The translations under genes and the position numbers were made by a program. Of a DNA stretch of 64,000 nucleotides, positions 28,731 through 41,527 are shown piece after piece. The notes under the pieces are model-generated. The model did no database searches, was not told the DNA's origin, and saw only the letters and a program-made list of their open reading frames with translations. Each line of letters begins with the position of its first letter. Position 1 is the stretch's first letter. The stretch spans positions 32,960,001 to 33,024,000 of the forward strand of contig CP068257.2 in NCBI GenBank assembly GCA_009914755.4, given 5' to 3'. The DNA is from the human T2T-CHM13v2.0 reference genome, Homo sapiens.

Positions 28731-29149
28731 GGGGCCCCAGATGGGAGAGAACAATGAACAGTGATTCTGAGAAATGGCCAATCACAAACAACCCCGGGCA
28801 CAGTGACCTTTTTCAGCACATAGGCCCCTCCAGCGCAACCCTATAAAACTTCCTTCCAGCCTCTGCCGCTTGGCAGACGGCCCCTTCTCTGCTGTGCTGC
28901 CTGCTGCACCCTTGCAACATATTTTTATACTTTCTCTAATAAATCTGGCTTTCTTTACCTGCAACTGTCTTGGTAAATTCCTTTACTGCCTGTGACACTG
29001 ACCCCGGCTAGGTGCACCCGTGACATGTATTACATAAATAGGGTACTTAATATACAAAATAAAGCACTTCATATTAATGAATAGAAACTATTTTATTATC
29101 TTTAAAATAAAGCACAAAGATTAACAAAAATTAAAGGTGATTATCATGG

Positions 29150-29531
29150 ATTAAATGCTTGCATCCCCCAAGTCCAAATGCAGAAGCCCTAATCCCCAGT
29201 GTGGCTTTATTTGGAGATGAGGCCTCTAAGGAAGTAATTAGGCTAAAGGAGGTCAGAAGGGTGGGGCCCTAATATAATAGGATTAGTGCTCTTATAAGAA
29301 GAGACACCAGAGAGCTTGCTCCTCTCTCCACACACTGAGGAAAGACCACGTAGGGACACAGGGAGAAGGGGGCCATCTGCAGCCCAGAGGAGAGGCCTCA
29401 CCAGAAAGAGACCATGCTGGGACCTCGACCTCAGACTTGCAGGCTCCAGAACTGTGGGAAATACATGTCTATTGCTCAAGCCTCCTAATCTGTGTTTTTT
29501 GTTATGGCAGCCTGAGAAGATTAATAATACA
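29150..29531 (+). mobile_element. MaLR solitary LTR, MLT1-type (+)
   Basis: gggtggggccctaatataataggattagtgctcttataagaagagacaccagagagcttgc...ctccagaactgtgggaaatacatg...ttgttatggcagcctgagaagattaataatacag. Confidence 0.7.
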
Positions 29532-29945
29532 GTGATAAAATAAGACATGCTATTGTTATGTTGAGGAACTTTCTGAATTAAATAATATTTTTGTCTCTTA
29601 ATCGTGAATTCAGGCCGACCTCAGATACCTCTCTCTTTGGCATTAATTATGATTGCACATGGGAATTTCATGTGGCACCTGCTGAAATTAGTAACAAAAG
29701 GAAAAGTACTGGACCTTTCCAAGTTATAAAAGGTTTAGCTTCCCGAGTTCTTTGTTCAGAAATATGGTGGGTAACTGCTCTTGATACTCAGAAACTTAGT
29801 AACCTAGCTATAGTCCTCTCAATGAAGTGTTCCATGTTAAACTATAGTGGCTAAAACTATTCTTTTATGGAGCTGAAGCTAAAAAGAAAAAAATCAGATT
29901 AGAAAAAAATCCTCTTTTTTTCCTCCAAATAAGTCTTTTTAATAA

Positions 29946-30243
<298 letters not shown>

Positions 30244-30358
30244 TTAGAAAGAAATCTTAATATGCATTTCTAAACACTGATTGCTCCACAGAAGTCAAAA
30301 AAGTTTCCAAATTAAAAAATGTACTAATGAATATCTAACTGTGGTAGGCAGCCTATAG

Positions 30359-30856
30359 CAGGGATCGCCAACCTCCGGACCACAGACCAGTGCCAGTCCA
30401 TGGCCTGTTAGGAAGCGGGCCACACAGCAGGAGGTGAGCAGCGGGTGAGCCAGCAAAGCTTCATCTGTATTTACAGCTGCTGCCCATTGCTCACATTACT
30501 GCCTGAGTTCCAGCGGCAGCAGAGTCCCATAGGAGCATGAACCCTATTGTGAACTGTGCATGTGAGGGATCTGGGTTGCCCACTCCTTATGAGAATCTAA
30601 TGCCTGATGATCTGTCACTGTCTCCCATCAGCCCCAGATGGGACCATCTAATTGCAGGAAAACAAGCTTAGGGCTTCTACTAATTCTACATTATGGTGAG
30701 TTGTATAATTATTTTATTATATAATAATAGAACTAAAGTACACAGTAAATGTAATGCACTTGAATTATCCTGAAACTAGCTCCCTGCCCCCTGGTCTGTA
30801 GAAAAACTGTCTTCCATGAAACTGGTCCCTGGTACCAAAAATGTTGGGGACCACTG
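30359..30856. mobile_element. hAT-superfamily non-autonomous DNA transposon (MER-type), 498 bp, with perfect 8-bp TSD GCCTATAG
   Basis: Terminal inverted repeats are cagggatcgccaac (start) and gttggggaccactg (end). Identical 8-mers gcctatag flank both ends, at 30351-30358 and 30857-30864. Confidence 0.7.
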
Positions 30857-33190
30857 GCCTATAGGATGGCCCCCAGGGATCCCCACGTCCTGGTATTTAC
30901 ACCCTTTTGTAATTCCCTCTCCCTGAGTGAGATTTGCACTTACCGACTCGCTTCTCAGGAATAGAATACAGCGAAAGTGATGGGATATCACTGAGATTAG
31001 GCTACAAAAAGATGGTGGATCCCATTCCATCTGGCTTGCTCTGAGGGAAGCCTGCTGCCATGCTGCAAGCCACCCTATGGAGAGGGTGCAGCAGCCCCCA
31101 CACAAGTGAGCCTGGCAGTAGATACCACTCCTTCAGTTCAGCCTTCAGATGAAACCACAGCTGATATTTTATTGCAGCCTTGGGAGAGACTCTGAGGCAG
31201 GGGCACCAGGCTAAGCCATCCCTGAATTTCTGACCCACAGACACTGTGACATAATTAACATTTATTATTTAAGCCACTAAGTGTTGGGTTTGTTACATGG
31301 CAGTAGATAACTAATACACAAACCTATATTGTATATACAGACCCAATCACTCTGACAGGCATTTTATGTGTATCATAAAATGTGAGTACTATCAACAGCT
31401 CCATTTACAGGCAGGGAAACCAAGGCATCGGTAGGATAAATAGCTTCCCAGAGTCACACTGCATAAGTGGGAAAGGTATGCTTAAGACCCATAGCCTTAA
31501 CCAGTATGCTTCCCAGCCTCCTCATGTAGACTTCACTGGGGAATGTGAGCATATTAAACCCAGCTAAATCTTCAGAGGTGAAAATAAATAAAAAACCTAC
31601 CCCAACTATATCAAATATGGTAAAGAATTTCTATGATGATTGAAATTTACACAACATGAAGCCAACCCTTTCCCCAACGTCAAAGTTTGAGTTAAGGTAA
31701 TTAATATTCTCCTGAGGTTACACTTTGAAAATGTTTCTGTTTTTCCCAAGAAGAGACATTTTTACTTTCTACTGCCATGGTATAGCCTCCTAATGCTCAG
31801 AGATCATGGCAGAGTGATCGGCTGTGTCTCATCAGCATTCTTATGCTTTGATGGTGATTAGTATTTACAAAGGAAAAAATTGTCTCTCACAACTGAACTG
31901 TATGTGAAATGACTGGCACTTCCTCAGCATCCTTGAGATGAGTCCTAATGATTCTGCATAGACAATGTACACCCAGGGTCTACCCATCCCACACATGCTG
32001 ATGTGTGCACAGTCACTATTACTGTACCAGGAGTGATGCGTTCTCAGACCTGCGCAAACAGGCCCTGCGGTGATATGTATGAAAATGAGTGGATCACATT
32101 TTTTTAAAAGGAGAGAAACAAAGAGACAAAGAATATAGCCTGAAATATAAACATTGGAACCAACAGCTCCTGCCTTAGCTATTCTGCTCTAGCACAAAGC
32201 CTATTTTTTGTTCCTTTATGTAATTGTCCTGAGGCTGGAAAAGCCTGAAGTTGCAGGCAGTAACATTTAAAGCTACTGCTATGGAAGAAAAAATGCTTTA
32301 AGTAATGAAGGTGACAGCAGATTGAGCTGAGAGGGGAACCAAGCAGTTGTTAGGGGGTGGAGTGGTGAGGAGGATTTAAAGCAGCTCTGGATGTGAAAAA
32401 CATCTGATTTTAGAGTCAGAAACCCTAAAATTAGAGAAATAGTGGAAAACTGAAAATAAACTTCGCACATATGTAACATGTAGCTTTCAAAAATGTACAA
32501 CATTCTGAACCTTCCCAAATAAATTAAACTCTATACCATATTGGAGATAAGATCATTTAAGGGGAAATTTTATTCAGAATTTAAATCTGAGAAACCGCAT
32601 GCCTCACCCTCACACTAGGGTGAAAAGTGAAAATGGCCTAAAACTGCCTGGATTTTCCAGTGCAATAGAACCCAACTGTTACTCTCCTGCTAGGATGTCA
32701 CATTTTACAATATGCTACAACAGACTGGCTTGGAAGAGGAACAGGCAGAAACGCAGCCAAGTATATACAACCTCAGGAGTGGAAACTATGTACATCAGCA
32801 GGGCCACCTTAGGTCCTCAAAACACTTCAATCATCAAATTGCTTTCGAATGATGTCCTGCGACCAGAAAACAAGTTTTGGGAGGCCAAGTGCATGATCTG
32901 CCGTTTGGGTGGAGAGTGAGCAGCACCCATTAAGGCGAACGGAGGTAACCTAAGGTTAAACCAAATGCCCCATCTCCTGGTCTGTGGGCACCAGTGACCC
33001 CGCCTGTAGGCCACAGGGTCAAACAACAATCAGGAGAAGGAAGCCTGCAGACCAAGGGCCTGGCTCCCGGTTCAGGAAATCAAGGCACAGAAAGGGTAAG
33101 TCATCTAGCTAGAAGTGGAGCTTCATCAAATTTTCAGTGATCTTTTTAAGATATAACGATGCCTCTGGTCAGGCCAAACCCCGGCTTCAG

Positions 33191-33349
33191 ACAATGGTTC
33201 CCAACCTCAGCTAACAATTAGAATCACCTGGGGAGCTTTCCAGGCGATTCCCAGCCCCAGAGATTGGAATGGGTTTGGAGTGGCCTGGAAATGGGAATTT
33301 TTCAAAGCTCCCTAGAGACTCTGACGTGCAGCTAAGGTTGGGAGCACTG
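33191..33349 (+). mobile_element. MER5-like hAT-Charlie MITE
   Basis: caatggttcccaacctcagctaacaattagaatcacctggggagctttc...ttgggagcactg, similar to the MER5A/B consensus as recalled. Confidence 0.6.
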
Positions 33350-35939
33350 CTCAAAGGTCTCTACTCACATAAAGAATGGAAGGATGTCACTTCTACTTCT
33401 TTCATGCTGATCCGAATATTTTGTTATTAAAAGAAAGTCATGATAGCACTACATCTATCACAAATCTTAGGTGAGTTGTTTTTGTTTTTTTTAGGTAAGT
33501 TTACTCAAGCGAAAAGAGTAAATTTTTCTATAATTTTCTGACTTAGCCTTCCAGCAAAGCTCTATGAATCAAATATACATTCATATTTCAGACAACTGAA
33601 AAAAGGGTATTTGTTTCCATTACTATACGGAACTATATTCACTGCTTGGAAATGAACGGAATATTATCTGAGAACTCTTAAATTCCTGGTCAGCTTGATG
33701 ATGACTGAATAAACTCTTATTCCAGGGAACCAACTAACCATTTTCAGCAATTCAAAGCACATGTAATTACTGGTTCAAAGCATTTTGAATTGTTTTGCTT
33801 TTCTAAATAGAAAAGAAAAAAAGACTCACAAAAAGAGTACTATAATGGAATATGTTCATCAAATATTTGTACAAACAGAAAATAATCATATTTTAATAAA
33901 AGTTTTCATTCATCTGTAACAGTGTGAATCTAATACATTTAATTAACAAACTCATTATACAGTATTTACAATATTGATCCTGAGCCAGCCAATGAAAACA
34001 AATCTTACATATCTGGCCAAGCAATTATAGTTACAAAACAGCTTCTGATGTAAATTTTCAAAAGAATTCTAGTTCAGGTTAATTTTTTTTCTTTCCTTGA
34101 AGACTAAGCTTACAGAATCATGTGACTATATATAAAGAAGTTTGATCCAGTCTTTTTTCCTCACACCATCACTCTCCAGATCCAACAGACTGGCTAAGGA
34201 GGGGACGGCCAGACCCCCAGGGACTTTTGTCAGCATTGCAGTTAATGATCTGTTTACACAAGGGGAGATACCACCAACCTAAAGTAGATTTACATTTACA
34301 TTACATCATCCAAAGGTGACACCCCAGTCTTAACAGTAAGACTGCCACATTGAAACCGCAGAAACTACATATTCCCACCTAGAAGGATGGTTTCAGCTAA
34401 ATGAGAAATGGTCCACTTGCTGCAAGGCTTACCAAGGACCCGCTGTGACTTTAGCTCTCAGGTTGCCCACTGCATAGAGCTATTTGCCCTCAGAGACTGG
34501 GACTCCCTTAGCCCACCTGGTTTTTGGGTTTTCACTGATTGCTGTATATCTCACAGGACCCTAGAATTGGACATCAGTGCACAACCCTCCCTCATCCCCA
34601 TTCTGAAGCTCCAGATTCTCCAAATGGAGAGAAGAGGCTCAGATGGAGGCTCTGCCCCTTTCTCCATCTCCAATACCACCATCCTAGTCCCACTCCCTTC
34701 CTATCTCCCCTGGATGATGGCAACAGCCTCCTACCAGGTCTCCTTGCTTCCTCTCTAGCCTACCCAGTTTCCCTCCTGAAAGCCATTCTCCACCAAGATG
34801 TGCAATTAGAATCACACCTGAATCCTTACCATGGCCCCAGGGGGATGTTTTCTGGTTGCTTATCCAACCTCAGCTACCAATCGCCTCTCTGTCTCTCATG
34901 CAACCCTTCAAGTCCTTTAAAAATGGAGTTCACCCTGCACTGGAGCTTCTGCACCTGCTAGTCCCTCTGCCGGGATGCCGGCCACACAAACACCTCCCCA
35001 GGGAGCTTCTTCCTGTCAACCTGGTCCAGGCTGTGCAGAGGCCTCCCTGGGCCACTCCATCTAAAGTGGCTCCCTACTAACTCCTCTGTGTAAGTCCCCT
35101 TTATCCACACTGTCCCCAGAGCCATTATCTACCCTTCTGTGGGCCCTGAAAGGATGACCCAACCTATGGACTCCACTGCAGGGGCTCCCTTGCCTCCTAG
35201 CTGTCCTTTGAGTTCTGCCAATGAAATCAGAAGCCTGAGAATTTCTTCCCTGCCTGTACCCTGCCTTAGCATCTCAACTCCACACCTTCAAGTCTACAGC
35301 TCCTGGCAGGCAGCTCCTCCCCTAGGTTTCCAGCCACGTGACTTCCTCCCCCAGCTCCAGCTTCCAGCTGTTGCTCATGGCTGCAGGCCTGGACATCCCT
35401 TGTTAGTTCCCTCAGGACTGCCCCAATTCACCAGCTCTTCAACAAAACCCCCACAGTGTTAGGACCTGACCACTCTGACCAAGCCCCCTCCCCTTGCTCT
35501 CTATCCCTGTTTCAGTCTCTTCATCGCATTTATCACTATCCGAAATGATCTTGTTCACTTGCCTTTTTCCTATTGTCTATCTCCCCCTCAACCACTGGAT
35601 CCTAAGCTCCATGAAAGCAAGGAGCTTGAAATGTTCCCTGCTTTATCCTCTGGGCCTAAACCAGTGGCTGGAACACAGTAAGCACTCAATAGACAGCAAA
35701 GCCTGAATGAACCAATGCTACATTGTCTCTGCTCAAAATATCACCATATCAGTAAGACCTTCCCTGATCATCTTATGGAAAATAGCAATCTCCCCTCCAC
35801 TCCCAGATCTCCACTCCCTCCTCCTGCCCTCCAAGTCTTATTTTTTCCTATAGCATCATTACTTTCTGATACATTTGATATTTCTTTATTGCTTGTTTCC
35901 CTTCCAAAAAATGTCAACCCTGGAGGCAGAAATGCTATT

Positions 35940-36015
35940 TTATTTACTGATGCAGCCTCAGAGCCTAGGACAGTACCTATCCCGTAGCGAAGTCTCAATA
36001 AATATTTGTTAAAAT
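35940..36015 (+). mobile_element. MIR 3'-end fragment
   Basis: ctaggacagtacctatcccgtagcgaagtctcaataaatatttgttaaaatgaata. Confidence 0.45.
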
Positions 36016-36949
36016 GAATAGCTAGCGAAGTGGGCAAACTTTCATACAACACAATTTCAGGATTGTATCCAACACTGGAAAAAATTGTCTCCAACACTAC
36101 AAGTAAGTGCCGTCTTACGTGACTTGACCTTGTTCTAGCAGAAAGACAGCCTAGAACTCCTAAGGAAAAGGTTTGAAATGCTGGCTAGCGCTTAGTTTAT
36201 ATGGAGAGGAAAAGGTTTTAGAGTAAGATCAATCAGTAAGACCCTGAGTTCCTGACAATTGCTGCTCTAGAAAGCATGCCTGGAAGCTTACCTAAGCACA
36301 CGGCCATTGTAATTCCTTTCAGAAAGTAAGTGAACATATAAATTATAAATAAATGACACTTACATACACCATTCTGTTTCACAGTGGTGTTGTATTGGCA
36401 GCAGCCTTCAACTATAGTTCATTGACAGCATTTGTGGACCCACAGCCAAGCGCTGAAAGCACTGCTTTTTTTGACAGCTGCTCTCCTAATGGGGCATCTC
36501 TCAAAGACCGGTTTCATTCTGTGACGCCCACGTTGTCCACATTTTATTCTGCACAATAACTGCAGATTTGAAATAAATTCTTCCTCCCCACCACCATTAT
36601 TGATTACTCATACCTGCCCCTCACCCTCCAAAGTGTCTAAATTGTGTGGATTTTGCGGGGGTGGGGGGAGGCGGGGGAAGGAGTCGACTCCCCATGTACT
36701 GGGTGTCCCCGATGGCGGCAAGCCACACCTTCACACAAGGGGGCAAGGTTCTTGACTAAATATCCTAAAGGTCTGAAAGATGGTCCCCTTCCCCCCAACA
36801 CAATTCCACCAAAACTGGCCAGCCGCTGGCTAATGAGCAACCACGGATCCTCACCCAAACATTGGCTTTTCTTCCAATAGTGCAGATTGGGAATGCAGGG
36901 ACGTCGTCCTATTTATGAACACTGAGTCACGTCGCCGCTCAATGTCTGT

Positions 36950-37930
36950 TTCCTCCTCCCTAGGAATGAGGTGACCCCCTCCTCCAGCGAGTAAATGCGG
37001 GGCGATGGCGAGAGCGCAGGGGGCGGCGGCGCTGCCCCACCTTGGGGAGCGAATTCACCCCCCTAGTCGCACCAGCCTGGGCGCACACGGGGGCCGGGGC
37101 GAGCCTGTGGGACTCTGCAGTGAGCTCCGCGCGCCCCGGGGGTGCTAGGGGACCGGGACCCTCGGGGCGCCGTCCCCACGCCCCAGCCCTGACGGGTCCG
37201 CGGCCGAGCAGCCCGGGGGACGTCGCTGCCTCCCCGCCCCGCGCGCGGCCGGGACTGGGCGCTGCGACCCGCGCCGCCTCCTCGGGCAACAAGTGTCCGC
37301 CCTCCGCCCCGACGGCCCGCCCGGCGCGGTCCTCACCCGGCACAGGCCGTCCACGAACACGCGCGGGTCCAGGTGACAGGCGATGGTGGCGCTGGGCAGG
37401 TCCTGCAGGTCCACCTCCTCCATCTCGCAGTCAATGAAGCTCCAGTCGCCGCCGCCCTCGTCCGCCTCGGCCGCCCCCGAGAGGGGCGCGAAGGGCCGCA
37501 GCGTCACCCCGGGCCGCGCTCGCGCCTCGGCCGCCTCCGCCGCCTCCGCCGCGGCCCCGAGCTGGGGACCGGCCACGCCGTCCTCCATCCCCGCGCCCGC
37601 GCGACCCTGTGCGCCCCAGCGGGCTGCTCCGGGCTTGCGCGCCGGAGCCTCACGCGCTCCGGTCCGCGCCCGGCCGGCGGCTCCGCCGTTAACCCCCTCG
37701 GAATCGCGCGGCGGCAGGCGGCGGGCTGTCAGCAGTCTCCCAGCGACACGGCCTCCCAGCGCCAGCCCCGCCCGTCACCGTTCCGCGCGGGAGGGGCAGA
37801 AGCCCGGCGCGGCGACCGCCCCCCCAGCCCCTAGGGCCGGCCACCGGCAGATCCAACGGTGGCCCCTTTAAGGCCGGCGCCGGTTGGGTTATTGTACCCC
37901 GCCCTTCCAGGAGACGGGGCCAATAAAGGA
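36950..37930. promoter_or_regulatory. RCAN1: CpG island (~1 kb) covering RCAN1 exon 1, its promoter and the 5' part of intron 1
   Basis: By eye the region is more than 70% G+C with dense CpG dinucleotides, against a CpG-poor, AT-rich surrounding. GC boxes such as gggggcggcggcg and ccgccccgcgcgcgg are present. Confidence 0.85.
37337..37588 (-). CDS. RCAN1: Coding part of RCAN1 (DSCR1/calcipressin-1) exon 1, the first 84 codons of the long RCAN1 isoform, ending at a GTGAGG splice donor
   Basis: The minus-strand ORF from ATG at 37588 translates MEDGVAGPQLGAAAEAAEAAEARARPGVTLRPFAPLSGAAEADEGGGDWSFIDCEMEEVDLQDLPSATIACHLDPRVFVDGLCR. This matches the N-terminus of human RCAN1 isoform a as I recall it. 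Codon 84 (R, CGG) ends at 37337 and is followed on the minus strand by GTGAGG. The downstream in-frame ORF extension (VRTAPGG...) is intron read-through. Confidence 0.75.
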
Positions 37931-37950
37931 ACGGAATTCTCTTCACGTGA
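37589..37950 (-). promoter_or_regulatory. RCAN1: RCAN1 exon-1 5'UTR and TATA-less GC-rich core promoter; the TSS is not determinable from sequence
   Basis: GC boxes gggggggcggtcgccgcgcc and cgggcggggctggcgc, read on the minus strand, lie 120-250 bp upstream of the ATG. A CCAAT box and an E-box follow at ~37910-37948. Confidence 0.5.
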
Positions 37951-39414
37951 CCTTCCTTCTGCCGCCCGAAGCCCGAAGCCTCAGGGCGGCCATGTTGGTT
38001 AGGGGCAAAGTCCTCGTCCCCAGTTCCGCTTTTCTGACAGCTGGTGCCAGCTGAAGGACGCCGGGCAGAGTCCTCGGCTCTTGGGCCCTTGGGGTGATAA
38101 CTGGGGAGGCAACGTTTTTGTGGTTCCCATGCGGGGACGTTTTGAAGCACAGGGGCCCACTTTTGGGAATTTAAGCGAGACATAGTCTCCCTGTGGCTCT
38201 GTGGCCCCTGGCAAGTGGTTAGATGCTTACCGTATATTATCAGATATAGTCGCAATAAAGACTGAACTAGACCATGATAACAATGCCTTACTTTTCTATT
38301 TCAGCGTATTAGTCACTATACCATTGTGAAAATTTATGTAATTAGAAGTAATTTTTCTGAATTACCATTATATGCTATGTACAATAGGACATAACGAAAG
38401 AATTAAGAGATCACCCCTTTCCTTTGGGGAATAGCGGAAAAATAAGAGGACCTCAAGTGAGCAGACATGTCTCTTCCTGAAAAATAGAATTCTTTTTTGG
38501 ACAGTATGATACAGTGAGAACTTGGGTCTGAATTTCAGCTTTGCTTTTTAACTACTTGTACAAATAAGCTGAATCTTAGTTTCCTCATCTGAAAAAAATG
38601 AAGACATATTACTAAGAATTCAGTCAGTGCTTAATAAATGGTAGCTGTTTATGCACTGGGTTCTTTGGAGGTTGTGAAATTACAGTTATATTTTTTCTTA
38701 GAGTAGGCTTACTCTCTAGTTAGGAAGTGTTAGTAATTATAACAAAAAGTATATCCAACAGCTGAGATTTATTCAGAACTTGCCATGTGCACGGTTCTAT
38801 GATTACTATTATCATAGTCTTAGGACAGTTTGTGTCCTCAGGGAGCTAAACCCAAGAGGAATAATAATACCCATCTAGAGATAACTCATAAAATAGAATA
38901 TGATATGAGGATGTGAAGAAATTGGAACCGTCATACTGTGAAAGGGAAATCTTGGGCCCCCAAAATCACTAAGGAAAACTAAAGCTGGAAGTTGCTTAGA
39001 GCCAACCAGCCTCCCATTCCATTCAAAGTCACCCCTCTGCTCACTGAGACAGATGCATTTCACCGAGACAGATTTGCCTCCTTTATAAAGACTAATCAGA
39101 AACCCAAAGAGTGTAACCGTTTGTCTATCACCTATCTGTGACCTGGAAGCTCCCTCCTGCCTCCTGCCTTTGCAGTAGTCTTCCTGCCTTTGCTTCAAGT
39201 TGTCCTGCCTCTCCAGACCAAACCAATGTACTGCTTACATACATTCATTGATGTCTCATGTCTCCCTAACATGTATAAAACCAAGCTGTGCCTTGATCAC
39301 CTTGGGTACATGTCCTCAGGACTTCCTGAGGCCTGTCATGGGCATGCCCTCAACCTTGGCAAAATAAACTTTCTAAATTAATTGAGACCTGTCTCAAATT
39401 TTCAGGGTTCACAA

Positions 39415-40376
<962 letters not shown>

Positions 40377-41048
40377 CAAGACATTGGATGAAGTGCAGCA
40401 GAATGGATGACACTGCAGAGCCGAAAAGTCTCGGTAAACTCGGCCAGGCATTGTGAAAAGGGTAACAAAAGGATGAGGCACTGGTTTTGGAAAAACAACA
40501 CCCGGTCAACCTGTCGCTGGGTGGGTCCATGTTTTCATCCTTAGGACAGTATGCTCTTTCATTGCTGGCTTGCCATAAGCCACTTACAGCATGCAGAGTG
40601 GGCCTGTTGGACAAAGTGTTCAACAGGAAGGAAAGCACCAACAAAACAGAAAGCCAAAATGCAAGCAGAGCAAACCCTTGCAGCTGGCTCTCTGATGTGT
40701 TAAGACAGGAGCGAGCAGGAACAACCTCAGGCGAGTGGTGAGGACAGTTACTTGTAACTGACTTCAGAATGCAGCTGGTCATTACTCAGATACAGACCAC
40801 ACCAAACATTTCCCTCCACATCTGTGGATCCCCACCTCTCTCCTCTCCTTCCCCATCTGCACTTCCCCAGGAAGCTAAGTGAAGAGGGTGACTTTTCTTA
40901 GTTCTCCGACCAGATCAATTACTTGTCTGTATAACTCCGACAATAATAATACTGGTCTCTTCTGTGTAGCTCTTAAATCGTTAATGGGTGTACACATAAA
41001 CTAGCCCACATCATCTTAACAAACTGGTGTTATTACTGCAGATTCTTA

Positions 41049-41527
<479 letters not shown>

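Noticed and set aside
30359-30856. Considered Tigger/mariner (TA TSD) for this DNA transposon
   Set aside because: The flanking duplication is a clear 8-mer (gcctatag), which fits hAT, not the TA dinucleotide of Tc1/mariner.
36960-38255. Multiple long overlapping ORFs on both strands in the CpG island (for example + 37383-37871 162 aa, + 37042-37437 131 aa, - 36960-37343 127 aa, - 37689-38255 188 aa)
   Set aside because: They are mutually overlapping, Ala/Pro/Arg/Gly-rich, and show no 3-nt periodicity. This is expected from stop-codon depletion in 70-80% GC DNA. Only the 84-codon RCAN1 frame has a recognisable product and splice junction.
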